NCBI GenBank assembly: GCA_038045705.1
Contig: JBBSXO010000006.1
Span: 44,506-108,505, forward strand
Reading direction: 5' to 3'
Length of the DNA: 64,000 bases
From: Nanobdellota archaeon
GTDB taxonomy: Archaea > Nanobdellota > Nanobdellia > Pacearchaeales > GW2011-AR1
The notes under the pieces were generated by a model. The model was given only the letters and a program-made list of their open reading frames with translations. It was not told where the DNA came from and ran no database searches. Each line of letters starts with the position of its first letter. The first letter of the stretch is position 1. Below are positions 28,192-38,982 of the stretch, in pieces. The position numbers and the translations under genes were made by a program.

Positions 28192-29760
28192 TTAAATTAC
28201 AGTAAATTCAAAAGCATCAGAAATAGAAACTACATTACCATTAGAGTCTAAAGTAACAAATGATGTATAAAAGGTAGAATTGCTTAGAGAAGGAATATTA
28301 GGTATTGCTAAGGTAACTTTAGATTGATTGATTCTCAATCTTCCAATAGAATTATATAAACCAATACTTTGGGGATTAGTTAAAGATGTTTGTAATAAAG
28401 GGGTGTTGTCTAAAGGAGTTATTCTTCCATCAGGCAGTGTAACTCCTTGGGAAATATTTGTAGACATTCCTAAAACATAATTTGCTTTAAGGTCGTAAGA
28501 TTCCTGTAATAAGAAGTTAACGCTTGATCCAACTCTTGGACTTCCAAGCATAACAATATTAGAAGGATTAAGAGATCTCTGGTATTTTACTCTTGCAGTT
28601 CTATATTGACCTTCATGCCATACTATATGTATATTTCCTTGTCTATCTGAAGCAAATTTTGGCGAATAAATTTGTCCTGCTCCCATAATAGTTGGACCAA
28701 TAATAATATTTCCAAGAGAATCTAATTGGCTAAATACTCTGCCTTGTCCAAATATACCTATACGCCCAAGAGAGTTAACTACGATTCCATCATTTCCAAC
28801 ATTTGGTAAAACTAATTTCTTATTTATTAAAAATGTACCATTGCTGTTTATTTTAGATAAATAGATACCAGAAGCATTATTATAATCAGAATTCCAAGAA
28901 AAGATAACATTATTTTGTTTATCGATTGCAATTGCTGGATAATCAGAGCCACCCATACCAATATCTAATTGAGAACCATTTATTAGTACATTTCCGAACT
29001 GATCTATGTAAGAATACTTAACATGAGCAACCCTGCTAGTAGAATTAGCAACAAACTCTTCCATCCACATCAAATAAGAAAAACCATTATTATCTGTAGC
29101 TAGCTTAATAACTAAAGGTTCGAAAATGCCTGCATTATAGACAGAATATATTGGAACTAAAAGATTACCTTGATTGTCGAACTTTCCATAGTAAACATCA
29201 TGATCTCCGCGCCAAGCGACATTTATGTTTCCGAGATTATCAACAGATAACTGCGGGTCTCCAGTTCCACTTCCAGGCAATAAAACTCCATTTACTGCAA
29301 TAGTACCATTAGCATAAAGCCGTGTATATCTAGTACCATGAAGAGTACTTCCAATCAAATCATACATCCATACAATATGAATATTATCAAATTTATCCAC
29401 AGCAATTGAAGAGAAGAATCCATAAGTGCTATTAAAATTGGTTAATTGTTGGTTACTAATAATTGTATTTCCAAATTTATCTAATTTGGTATAAAATACT
29501 TCTCCGATGATATTTGACAATTTTTGCATCCAAATAATATGCACGTTCCCTTGAGAATCTGTAGCTATAGATGGGTCTGCTGCAGTTAAAGTCAAATTAA
29601 GTAGAGAAATTAGAGATTCATTACTCCAATGTATTTGGGGTTCAATAGCTGAAGCTGGGGAAAGCAGAGGATAAGATGTAAAAAATCCTATTGCAACTAA
29701 AATAAAAATTAATGCTACCAGATTCTTATTTTTCTTCATAAAACTCCAGAAATTAATCAT
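28192..29760 (-). CDS. secreted beta-propeller-like repeat protein
   Basis: Signal/anchor, then at least six roughly 45-50-aa repeats with core D-x-x-G-N-[IV]-H-[IV]-x-W (DSQGNVHIIW, DKFDNIHIVW, DNLGNINVAW, DKQNNVIFSW, DRQGNIHIVW). Confidence 0.4.
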   Translation of the reverse strand: MINFWSFMKKNKNLVALIFILVAIGFFTSYPLLSPASAIEPQIHWSNESLISLLNLTLTAADPSIATDSQGNVHIIWMQKLSNIIGEVFYTKLDKFGNTIISNQQLTNFNSTYGFFSSIAVDKFDNIHIVWMYDLIGSTLHGTRYTRLYANGTIAVNGVLLPGSGTGDPQLSVDNLGNINVAWRGDHDVYYGKFDNQGNLLVPIYSVYNAGIFEPLVIKLATDNNGFSYLMWMEEFVANSTSRVAHVKYSYIDQFGNVLINGSQLDIGMGGSDYPAIAIDKQNNVIFSWNSDYNNASGIYLSKINSNGTFLINKKLVLPNVGNDGIVVNSLGRIGIFGQGRVFSQLDSLGNIIIGPTIMGAGQIYSPKFASDRQGNIHIVWHEGQYRTARVKYQRSLNPSNIVMLGSPRVGSSVNFLLQESYDLKANYVLGMSTNISQGVTLPDGRITPLDNTPLLQTSLTNPQSIGLYNSIGRLRINQSKVTLAIPNIPSLSNSTFYTSFVTLDSNGNVVSISDAFEFTVI

Positions 29761-29778
29761 ATTTAAAGCCTATTATCT

Positions 29779-30150
29779 TCAAGGTATTGTATAAAATCCT
29801 CTACCGTCTACATCTAAATCGCCAAAGGGATCAGGGTGGAAAGCTATTGTTCTTGTTTCCATTTCTGTGTTAATATCATCTCTTATTGCTACATCTAAGT
29901 CTGTAATTCGATTGACCGTTCCTCTAAATTGTCTTTCACACTTTCCCGCTTCTAAAATTGCTATGTAATTAGTATACCCATCTTCTGAATATATTTTATA
30001 AGCATAATCAACATCAATTATTCCATTAGCTTGGCATCTTGGGTTTATAGTTATATTAGCGCTTGGTTGTGCTTGAACTGCAATTATTGTCACTCCTATA
30101 AATAATATCATTCCTAAAAAATATAGTATTTGATTTTTCATAATGGACAA
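29779..30150 (-). CDS. small secreted protein
   Basis: Signal peptide MSIMKNQILYFLGMILFIGVTIIAVQA. Length 123 aa. Confidence 0.3.
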   Translation of the reverse strand: MSIMKNQILYFLGMILFIGVTIIAVQAQPSANITINPRCQANGIIDVDYAYKIYSEDGYTNYIAILEAGKCERQFRGTVNRITDLDVAIRDDINTEMETRTIAFHPDPFGDLDVDGRGFYTIP

Positions 30151-31826
30151 ACTCCTGCCGTGTTATCTATCCAAGACAGACCCCCGTTGTTGCAATAGAC
30201 TAACGCTTGATTAGTAGTAGGAGTTTTATTTAAAGGTACCCATGCAGTTGAGTTCCAATAAATTACACTTCGATTCACTCTAGTCCATTGGCTTTCAACA
30301 GTTAGAGATTTATTTAAGCAATTTCCACCAGTTACACAAATATCTTTTGTATTGTTTAGTGGATTCCTCAATGCAATTTTATAACTATCTAAGTATGTAG
30401 AAGCTACATTATCTTGAGCATTTAATTCTAATGTTTGTTGCGCAACATTATTTGTGAATACCCAATTACCTGTAAAAGAAGCATTACCTAAAGATAGTTG
30501 AGAATTTGCAGTATCAGTAGGTAATATGTATAATCCGTTTGCTATTCCTCCTACATTAAGAGTTCCATTTCCACCAGTCATTTTTATCAGCGGAATTCCA
30601 AATATTGATACAAGCGTTGTTGTTACATCAAATGTAGTTGCAGAAAGTGCTACACCAGCTTGTGAATCATCTAATCTTAATTTTTTTCCAAATATTCTAT
30701 CTAAAACTGTTAAATCTTGTGTAGAGAAGTTTAATCCAACGTAAGAAGAAGCATTTACAACTCCGTTAACTATAACTGATCCATTAACATGAAATTTTTC
30801 CTGAGGGTTAACAGTTCCAATGCCAACTTTTCCATCGCTTTTCCATGACATTATTCCGTTTAATTGACTTCCACTACGATTGTTGGATACATCTAGTTTC
30901 AAAAGACCAACCCCAGGATGATTAACAAATGCATAAGTCAATGGATTAAGCTCATTTATAGCTCCAGACAATAGTAAAGTTGCAGCACCATCTGCTATCT
31001 GTGAACCAGTAAATCCAGTATGGCCTCCCATTATATTAAGAGTTCCCCTTCCATTAGTGCCGTTTCCAGCAATTAATATCTGAGAACGAATATCAGTTCC
31101 CTCGTTAGTTGTAACCTTTATGCCCCCAGTAGCATTTCCATTCCATATAGTTAATATATGATCTGGAGTTGTAAGACCAATTCCTATTTTTGAACCACTT
31201 TGAAAAATAGCAGAACTATTCAAACCAGTAGTAGAATTCCATCTAGAAATATATCCAGAAATCCCTTGACCAGTTAAAGTTCCCGTAGAAGGAAGATTTG
31301 TTAATTGTGATCCGTCACCAATAAAGTATGGAGAGGTAACTCTTTCGGAAAAGTATCCTGATTTAGCGCTAACATTGTTAGTAATATTTATGTTCTTTCT
31401 ATTCTCTGAGAAAAGAAGGTTGTCGCTTTCATTAATTGCCCAAATAATATTACCTTTTATTACTCTTATAACTAAATCTCCCGTCTGAGCAATGGAAGAG
31501 TAATGCCCTGCAGCTAAAGCAAGCCCTAAGTTAGCAAGAATGCTCGTCTCGTTCTTAAAACCAAGAGCAGGAGAATTTGATTGTGCTTGCGCACCAGCTA
31601 TTGTAAGACCCTCACCAGGTCTTTGAACATTTATGCTATGATAATTTGAAGTCATATTTTCAGCTGTGAAGTTTCCGTTGCGGAAAATAATATTTCCAGC
31701 AGAAACAGATGTAATGAAGAAAGACAGAATAAGAAGAGAAATAATAGATTTTAATCCATTCCCCTTCATATACGGAAGTGTCTTCTCATATTTATATATG
31801 TTGTGTTTAAAATATGACATTTTCAT
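30138..31826 (-). CDS. secreted G/N/T-rich fibre-like protein
   Basis: N-terminal TM anchor. Low-complexity Gly/Asn/Thr/Ser-rich beta-rich sequence of 562 aa. Confidence 0.35.
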   Translation of the reverse strand: MKMSYFKHNIYKYEKTLPYMKGNGLKSIISLLILSFFITSVSAGNIIFRNGNFTAENMTSNYHSINVQRPGEGLTIAGAQAQSNSPALGFKNETSILANLGLALAAGHYSSIAQTGDLVIRVIKGNIIWAINESDNLLFSENRKNINITNNVSAKSGYFSERVTSPYFIGDGSQLTNLPSTGTLTGQGISGYISRWNSTTGLNSSAIFQSGSKIGIGLTTPDHILTIWNGNATGGIKVTTNEGTDIRSQILIAGNGTNGRGTLNIMGGHTGFTGSQIADGAATLLLSGAINELNPLTYAFVNHPGVGLLKLDVSNNRSGSQLNGIMSWKSDGKVGIGTVNPQEKFHVNGSVIVNGVVNASSYVGLNFSTQDLTVLDRIFGKKLRLDDSQAGVALSATTFDVTTTLVSIFGIPLIKMTGGNGTLNVGGIANGLYILPTDTANSQLSLGNASFTGNWVFTNNVAQQTLELNAQDNVASTYLDSYKIALRNPLNNTKDICVTGGNCLNKSLTVESQWTRVNRSVIYWNSTAWVPLNKTPTTNQALVYCNNGGLSWIDNTAGVCPL

Positions 31827-34800
31827 ATAATCCTCCAGTTAAGCAAAGATTTCCGTTAAAGTCAATGTAACTCATATTGTATCCAGTTAAATTCTGTATG
31901 AGAAAAGAATCTCTTATAGGATTACATGAACTTATCATATCTGAACAGGTTCCAGATTCTAAGCACATATTACCAGTAGTGTCAATGTAAGCTGTAGAGC
32001 TATCTGTAGAATTTCCGATAACCAAAGAACCGTTAGGTGCAACGCAGTTGCTTGATATCGAACAAGTACCTTTAAGAGCAATATTGCCCCAGTCTCCTAA
32101 CCATGCAACATTTGATGCAGTTGAGTCTTGTATTAGAAATTTATTAGTGTCATTTCTCATTGGATTAAGAGTTACAGAATTAGAGGGAGAGTAATAAGCC
32201 GAGTAAGTATTGCTTCCATTAACATCTATCGATCTGCATGAGAAAATAACTGGGTATTCTGGAGCGATGGAATTAAAGTTCCAATTTAACGTTTGACTAG
32301 CCGTATGATTTCCTATACTATGGAATGCTAAATCATAAAATGCATTTATATTATAAGTGATATTATCATTTTCAGCATCGGTAGACCCAGAACAGTTGAG
32401 ATTCATGCTATAATAAAAAGTATTTGTTGAACATGCAGCACCATTACAAAGAAGAGAAGTTGGAGTAGTTGGAGGAGTATTGTAAGTGCAGTTAAGACTA
32501 CAACTTCCAGTACCAGCAACAACACCATTACACTGACTGTCTGCTGTACATCCAGTAGCAAAACTTGAAGATCTACAAACATTGTCTCCCCTATCTTCTC
32601 CACTAGCACTAGAAGAACATTTATCTGCAAAATAAGTTAGAGCACTAGCACAGGTTGTTATATTACTGCCTGAAGAAAGTCCATCACATAATGGTTGTGC
32701 ACAAGAACATCCAGTTTCTCCACATTCAAAGACTGAAGTTACATCCTGATAACCACATACACTACTACATTCTTCTTCATAATAAGAAATTCCAGAACAC
32801 AAATTCAAATCATCTCCTGTTTGTCGTTCATCACAACTAGATATTCCTAAAGTAGTAGAAAATTCGCAATAATTTGTTTCCTGACTGTCAAAATAGCCAT
32901 TATACGGACTAAAACACCAACCATCATCACTTAAACCAACACCATCATTATCACAAAAGTTTGATTGACATTGAGCACTAGAAGTGCAAGATTGCCCATT
33001 GGATAAATCAGAAACACAACTCCAAGTATTCCAGCTACCAGATTTATTACAAAATTGATTTGAAGCACAGTCACTATTACTATAGCAATTCAAAACATAA
33101 ATGTAAGGGTTATTTGTATATGAAGGGTTAAATGGATCAAAACCAGTGGTACACCAATAAGATGAAGTGTCATCGTAACCTATAATCTCTTCAAAGTGTG
33201 CTGTTGCAGGAGCATTAGTTACATTTATCACGCCCTGATTGCCCGATAGTGGATTTCCACCACAGCCACCAGAACCACAACTACTTGGATTAATATCATA
33301 ATAAACATCTTGAGCATCAACTGCTTTCCAACCAACTTTATAATTTCCTATAGTATAGGGGTCACTATTATCAACTACTTGTCCCCAAGAAATGTTATTT
33401 ACATTACTATACACATTTATAGCAACAGTTACATCACAATTTCCAAAACTATTAGTTGTACAATATTCATAACCTGGCTCCGTACATGTAGAATTTCCAC
33501 CACCAGCGCCACTACAAGAAGCATCATTAACACATCTTGTCTGCGCATTACAACCTGAAGGAGTACAAGTTCTTGTTTCTAATCTTTGACCCTCTCCACA
33601 TCCCCCTCCACCACAAGAACCAGAAACCCAGTTACTACATTGACAACTTGAACTAAGAACACTAACCCATATAGGATTTGTATAAGTTCTATAAGTTCCC
33701 CCAGATCCAATGCATTCAGCCCTAAAATATGTATCTCCAGGATTTGCAAGAGCTAGATTGGGCAAAGTAATGGGGCTTGAACTGCCACTGATATTAACGG
33801 GTCCATAATGAGTCAATTCAAGATTACTCCCAATTGTTGATTTGTAAACTCTAAGAGTACATGAATGATCTAAATCATAAGTTATCCTCATATTCAAAAT
33901 ATCATTGGTATTTGCACTAACTTCTCCACCCATTTGAGTCCATGTTGATTGAGAATTCTTTTTTGCTTCTATTATAACATATCCATTATTAGACACAACA
34001 TTCGTTCCAGCAGCTAAAGCAGATTGAATATTAGAATGGGTGATGGTGGAAGCTGGAACATAGTTATAATTTATGTCAGAAACATGTCCATGTTCATCGG
34101 TGCCCCCATATGCATAAACGCGCTCATCTTGTTGCAAGAGATTATACCATGCATTAAAATTATCAGCATCATCATCAAGGCTATCAGAAGTGAAATTTCC
34201 ATTCCAAATTTCAACCCCATCATATCCCGAAACAGAATATATTGATTCAAAATCAAGAAAAGTAGTGGTGCTGGATGAAGGATGAGGGTGATTAAGAATG
34301 GAGATACCACCTTGGCTAGCAATAGAATTAACTCCGCTTTGAGCAGATGGGCCCGAAGGGCAATGAACTGCAGAAGGTGTTTGAGATATCAAACTGCTTA
34401 GCCCATATCCTCCAATATGAGCCTCTCCTGGACCAGTTGAACCAGTATAACAACTAAAAAGATTTTCATTATCCCCAGAAATATCCTGAGTGCTTAATTC
34501 TTCTCCCATAAGACAAGTAAATGTACTATTTCGGGCATTCACACAATCATTTCTTACTGTACCAAACTCACCAGCATCAATACAATAACTGTGATCTGAA
34601 AATCCAAGATAATCTAGTCCTAAATTTGCAGCTTCATCTGCTAATTCTTGAACTTCATAACCTATCAAATGTCCTTCAAGACCTATGGGGAGGCAGTTAT
34701 CTGAATTTGTAAATGGATTGCTATCATATCCACCCACTGTGCTAAATCCAGTATGTTGATGTAGACTCCCTTTATAAAAATTAATTGCCAAACCATCCTC

Positions 34801-34857
34801 AGAAAACAAGATCACTGTAAGAATAATAAAAATAAAGACGACATAATTTATCTTCAT
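31807..34857 (-). CDS. secreted PHP-domain phosphoesterase fused to a ~700-aa Cys-rich extracellular region
   Basis: Signal peptide. PHP motifs SLHQHTGFS, LGFSDHS, GEELS and ILNHPHP in the first ~200 aa. Over 60 Cys in CxxC/CxC arrays thereafter. Length 1016 aa. Confidence 0.45.
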   Translation of the reverse strand: MKINYVVFIFIILTVILFSEDGLAINFYKGSLHQHTGFSTVGGYDSNPFTNSDNCLPIGLEGHLIGYEVQELADEAANLGLDYLGFSDHSYCIDAGEFGTVRNDCVNARNSTFTCLMGEELSTQDISGDNENLFSCYTGSTGPGEAHIGGYGLSSLISQTPSAVHCPSGPSAQSGVNSIASQGGISILNHPHPSSSTTTFLDFESIYSVSGYDGVEIWNGNFTSDSLDDDADNFNAWYNLLQQDERVYAYGGTDEHGHVSDINYNYVPASTITHSNIQSALAAGTNVVSNNGYVIIEAKKNSQSTWTQMGGEVSANTNDILNMRITYDLDHSCTLRVYKSTIGSNLELTHYGPVNISGSSSPITLPNLALANPGDTYFRAECIGSGGTYRTYTNPIWVSVLSSSCQCSNWVSGSCGGGGCGEGQRLETRTCTPSGCNAQTRCVNDASCSGAGGGNSTCTEPGYEYCTTNSFGNCDVTVAINVYSNVNNISWGQVVDNSDPYTIGNYKVGWKAVDAQDVYYDINPSSCGSGGCGGNPLSGNQGVINVTNAPATAHFEEIIGYDDTSSYWCTTGFDPFNPSYTNNPYIYVLNCYSNSDCASNQFCNKSGSWNTWSCVSDLSNGQSCTSSAQCQSNFCDNDGVGLSDDGWCFSPYNGYFDSQETNYCEFSTTLGISSCDERQTGDDLNLCSGISYYEEECSSVCGYQDVTSVFECGETGCSCAQPLCDGLSSGSNITTCASALTYFADKCSSSASGEDRGDNVCRSSSFATGCTADSQCNGVVAGTGSCSLNCTYNTPPTTPTSLLCNGAACSTNTFYYSMNLNCSGSTDAENDNITYNINAFYDLAFHSIGNHTASQTLNWNFNSIAPEYPVIFSCRSIDVNGSNTYSAYYSPSNSVTLNPMRNDTNKFLIQDSTASNVAWLGDWGNIALKGTCSISSNCVAPNGSLVIGNSTDSSTAYIDTTGNMCLESGTCSDMISSCNPIRDSFLIQNLTGYNMSYIDFNGNLCLTGGLYENVIF

Positions 34858-35303
34858 TTCCTATCCTCATAAATCTTCCAAATTAAGGCTAGCGCCGAAA
34901 AAATTAATAAAGAAATCCCTACAAAATAAGCCATCCTGAGATTAGAACTTGCTTCAAGCAAAAATCTCGAAAAATTGGAATTCAAAGCAACTCCTATGGG
35001 CCAAAATGAAGTAGCAATTACACTGATTAAAATAAGTTCTTTACTTTCATCTTTAGCTCTTTTTAATAAAATTAAGAGTATCCATGGAAGAATCAACCAA
35101 AATATCAAATTTACTATTAATACTTCTGGAATAATAATTAAAGATTCACCACCTCTAGTTCCAAAAACTGTTTGAGAAATTAGAGTTGCAATTAATCCTG
35201 GAATGAATGTCACTAAAATCACTAAATCGCTCTTTGAAAATAAAAATCCTGCTAAAATAAAAATAAATGCACAGCACAAAACCAGATAAATTTTATTCTT
35301 CAT
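34854..35303 (-). CDS. membrane protein, hypothetical
   Basis: 149 aa, four TM helices, co-transcribed with the surface proteins. Confidence 0.3.
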   Translation of the reverse strand: MKNKIYLVLCCAFIFILAGFLFSKSDLVILVTFIPGLIATLISQTVFGTRGGESLIIIPEVLIVNLIFWLILPWILLILLKRAKDESKELILISVIATSFWPIGVALNSNFSRFLLEASSNLRMAYFVGISLLIFSALALIWKIYEDRK

Positions 35304-35306
35304 TTA

Positions 35307-36977
35307 TCAAATAACCTCCATTATGTGTTCTGTAGAGATTTGACGTTCCTCTCCCAAGTAGTTGTAATCTAAAGTTATATTTATCCACTCATCATTTCCA
35401 ACAGTGAAATCCCCATAGAATATTTCCTCATATCTTATCCTTATTTTTTCCACATAAACGTTTAGGGTAGGTTCAGTAAGATTAAACTCAAATCCTTGTT
35501 CGATAGATAAATCTTTATTGAAGTAGAGACTTCCGTTTGAAATGTAGATGCTTAAATTTCCTAGCTCAATAACATCATTAAGGTAAATGCTATGGCTAAC
35601 AACAATAGTTCTATTATGATCAACATGATTAACAGTGTAACTGGATATATCATGCTCTAAGGACACATTAATACCAACTGCAATTGTTCTATTTTCACTC
35701 CAAGTTCCTTGAGAACTATTGTCGTAAGCCAAGAAAGAGTATGTATAGTTTCCTTCCGAGATGTTAGCTAAAACAAATGTCGTAAAATTAGTTGCTCCAG
35801 TTAAAATTACAGTTTCTTCTAATTGCCAACTACCTCCAGTATTAGAATATAAAGAGATATTGGTCAAAACATAATCATCTGTAACATTCGGAGTCAAAAA
35901 TAAATAACCATCCCCATCTAAATAGTTATCTTCTGGAGAGAGAGTAATATATCTTGGAGCAGTGTCTCCTTGTTCTGTAACCGTTAATAGGATCTCACTA
36001 TCACCTACACCATTATCAGAGTCATATACATAGAATGTAATATATTCTGAACCGTACCAGTTAGTTTCCGAAGTTAAGGTTACTATTCCAGAGGTTTCAT
36101 CTACTTCTGCAGATATGTGGTCTGAAGAACTAGCATTATAAGTTAGCTCATCGCTGTCAGAATCTGAAGAGTACTCACTAAGATTAACTACTTTCAATGA
36201 ATCTTCGCCCCAAGTTTGTGAAGACAGTTCAGAAAATACAGGAAGAGGATTTTGAACTGCTATAGTTCTATTTACCGTAGACCATGCAGAGTTAGGAGAA
36301 GAAGCAAAATCATAGCAGATAATATTCCATTTAAATGTAAGATCATTAGGGACATTATTTAACTCAAAAGTCTGTGAAATATTTTTAATAACAAAATAAT
36401 TAGTCTGATTCGCAGCCCAAGTTCCACTCATATTGGTATAAAGACTACAATTTACTATCCACCCATCGTCATCAACACTATAATTTAATTGTAATGTTCT
36501 ATCAGTTGAATTAAATCCATTGGACGGACCTTCAATGTTCACCACAGGGGGAGTGGTGTCATTGAACACGTCAAAAACTCTTGCTTCAGACTGGCTAATA
36601 TTTCCATCCGACCAAGAACAATTAACACTCCAACTATATTCATCATTTTGAAGATTATTTAGATAAAAATAATTTGTTGAGGAACTACTAATATTAATTT
36701 CAGTTTGATTTATTATACCATCAAAAATAAAGCTACAATTATCCATAGTATAAGAAGAATTAGTAATTATATAAGAAAATGCTACATTTCCATCAAATTC
36801 TACAGATCCATTTTCAGGAGTTTGAAGTTCAACAATATAACCATAACCACCACTAGTACCTTGAGCACTAACAAAAAAGAAAAACAAAAAGACTAATACT
36901 AATAAAATAGAAAAAGTGGAAAAAATCATAAAATATTGATTAATTATATTGAACCTTTTAAGATTTCCTTTCACCAT
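35307..36977 (-). CDS. secreted N/S/T-rich surface protein (probable Ig/fibronectin-like repeats)
   Basis: N-terminal TM/signal FSTFSILLVLVFLFFFFVSAQG. 556 aa with many NxS/T sequons. Confidence 0.35.
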   Translation of the reverse strand: MVKGNLKRFNIINQYFMIFSTFSILLVLVFLFFFFVSAQGTSGGYGYIVELQTPENGSVEFDGNVAFSYIITNSSYTMDNCSFIFDGIINQTEINISSSSTNYFYLNNLQNDEYSWSVNCSWSDGNISQSEARVFDVFNDTTPPVVNIEGPSNGFNSTDRTLQLNYSVDDDGWIVNCSLYTNMSGTWAANQTNYFVIKNISQTFELNNVPNDLTFKWNIICYDFASSPNSAWSTVNRTIAVQNPLPVFSELSSQTWGEDSLKVVNLSEYSSDSDSDELTYNASSSDHISAEVDETSGIVTLTSETNWYGSEYITFYVYDSDNGVGDSEILLTVTEQGDTAPRYITLSPEDNYLDGDGYLFLTPNVTDDYVLTNISLYSNTGGSWQLEETVILTGATNFTTFVLANISEGNYTYSFLAYDNSSQGTWSENRTIAVGINVSLEHDISSYTVNHVDHNRTIVVSHSIYLNDVIELGNLSIYISNGSLYFNKDLSIEQGFEFNLTEPTLNVYVEKIRIRYEEIFYGDFTVGNDEWINITLDYNYLGEERQISTEHIMEVI

Positions 36978-37472
36978 TTATTTTATGATTGAGAATTCTG
37001 CCGAAGAAATAGAATCTGCATCAGCAGTTATACCCTTCAACTCAACTGTAATATCCTCCTTACCATCTTTATCTAGATCTATCTCATAAGTATTTCCTTC
37101 ATCTAAAATGAAAGAAAGAGCTATTTGCTCATCGTCAACATAATTGTTTAGACCATCTTCTAAGTCTAAAATTATGAAAGTTGGACCTTCTTTTCTCACT
37201 CCTTTATACTGAAGCCCATACCAATTACCATTAAATTCAAACTTTAACCTTCCAGGCTTCATATTGAAAGAATTGTCCTGTCCCAAAATAATCTCTGAAA
37301 CTGGAACGGCTGCACCACCAAACCCGGAATTAGATAATTCAGGCATAACAGCAACAATATCTAGTTCTTCACCTGAAGAGTTTACTGAATTCAGAAAGAT
37401 AAATATAACCAAGAAAAAGAGAAGACTGAAAAAAAGTACAAATGACTTAATTTTCATAAAACTCACTAGCAA
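36978..37472 (-). CDS. small secreted protein
   Basis: Signal peptide, 164 aa, first gene of the minus-strand surface-protein cluster. Confidence 0.3.
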   Translation of the reverse strand: MLVSFMKIKSFVLFFSLLFFLVIFIFLNSVNSSGEELDIVAVMPELSNSGFGGAAVPVSEIILGQDNSFNMKPGRLKFEFNGNWYGLQYKGVRKEGPTFIILDLEDGLNNYVDDEQIALSFILDEGNTYEIDLDKDGKEDITVELKGITADADSISSAEFSIIK

Positions 37473-37561
37473 AACCGCTTTATATATTTACCTAGAAATT
37501 TTTCTCTTTAGAATTAGAGCATTCTATGAATATATAAAAGATGCCGAATTATTCTAATTAG

Positions 37562-38485
37562 ATGAACTTAAGTAAATATCTCTTAATGCTATTTTTAGTA
37601 AGCATTATTTCAATTCTAGTTCTTACATTAAAGCAATCACCCATCATTCAAGAGTATGCAGATTCACCATTTTGTGGAAATAATATATGCGAAAGAAATG
37701 AAGAAATATACTGCCTTGATTGTAACTTAAGTTGTAAATCTGAATTATGTAACTCAAAAATTAACGTCTTATGTGATAATTGCAGTGTTGAAAGCGAGTT
37801 AATTCAGGAATTGTTTGATCATCAAATTATAATATATAATTGCCTTTCAAATTATTATGGTTATAACCCTTCTAGATTGGTTTACCACACTGTAAAGAAT
37901 GCTGATGAAACAGGAGAAGTATGTAATGGGGATGATGGGTGTTATGTTGGAGGAGGAAATTTTGGAGAGAAAGAAGGAATAATCCAAGAACAGATACCTG
38001 GATTGGTGAATTTTGGGAACTTCAGGGTAAAAAATAAAGAAGATGTAGGTTTTGAAGTTCATGAATTATCTCACGCATTTACTTATTATGGACTTGGAAG
38101 AATACCTTCATGGTTAAACGAAGGAATTGCCATTTACTCAGAAAGCAAATTAAGTTGCGATAGTGAGATTAGAGAAGATGAAATTATAGAAATCTACGAG
38201 TTATATAATAATCAAACTATTACAATACCAGCTAATGAATATGAAAGAACAAAAAATAGCCCTCATGTAGTTGGATCAAGATATTTAGGTTATCTTGAGG
38301 ATGTATATGGATGTGATAAAGAGTGTGTTTCTAAAATAATTCACTCATTATATTCATATAGACAAAACCATACTAAGTATGACTTAAGAAAGCAAGTAAT
38401 AACTAATAAAATAATAAAGGAAAAGTCAGAAGAAGTAATTGGTAGAGATTTAACTAAAATATTTGACATATTGGAAATAAATTGA
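37562..38485 (+). CDS. secreted zinc metalloprotease (HExxH; Peptidase_MA_2-like) with N-terminal Cys-rich module
   Basis: Signal/anchor. Cys-rich CGNNICERNEEIYCLDCNLSCKSELCNS...CDNCS. Then VHELSHAFTYYG...WLNEGIAIY (HExxH plus a downstream NEG/Glu). Confidence 0.5.
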   Translation: MNLSKYLLMLFLVSIISILVLTLKQSPIIQEYADSPFCGNNICERNEEIYCLDCNLSCKSELCNSKINVLCDNCSVESELIQELFDHQIIIYNCLSNYYGYNPSRLVYHTVKNADETGEVCNGDDGCYVGGGNFGEKEGIIQEQIPGLVNFGNFRVKNKEDVGFEVHELSHAFTYYGLGRIPSWLNEGIAIYSESKLSCDSEIREDEIIEIYELYNNQTITIPANEYERTKNSPHVVGSRYLGYLEDVYGCDKECVSKIIHSLYSYRQNHTKYDLRKQVITNKIIKEKSEEVIGRDLTKIFDILEIN

Positions 38486-38535
38486 TGATTTTGTTTTTTA
38501 GCAAGGTTTATAACTCAAAATAAGCGACCCTTATT

Positions 38536-38982
38536 ATGAAAATTAAAGTATTATTCTATATCTCTTTATTAGTGATAGCTTCTTTATTTTTGATCCAGAA
38601 TAGCTCAGCTAGCCCAGTGCCTAACGCTATTATGCCAGATTTAGTATTTACAAATATAACTTATAAGATCTCTTTTATTAATACAACTAATTCTGTAACC
38701 TATTGGGATGTAAGAGTTATAGGGACATTAACAAATAACGGGTCAATCTTCGCTACTTCTTCTACTAGCTCGAGTGGATTATCAAGAGTTGGAAGCACTT
38801 CTGGCTACGGGCAAGCTATTCCAACGCCTTCAATAATGCCTAGGGTAAGCACAAAAGTTAGATGGAATTTTGTAGGATATACTGGGCAATATTCTATGTG
38901 GTTTCATGCAGATGTTTTTAACAATGTAACTGAATTTGATGAAACTAATAATTTTATTGGCACAATTATAACTCTCCCTTAA
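38536..38982 (+). CDS. small secreted protein
   Basis: Signal peptide MKIKVLFYISLLVIASLFLIQNSSA. Length 148 aa. Confidence 0.3.
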   Translation: MKIKVLFYISLLVIASLFLIQNSSASPVPNAIMPDLVFTNITYKISFINTTNSVTYWDVRVIGTLTNNGSIFATSSTSSSGLSRVGSTSGYGQAIPTPSIMPRVSTKVRWNFVGYTGQYSMWFHADVFNNVTEFDETNNFIGTIITLP

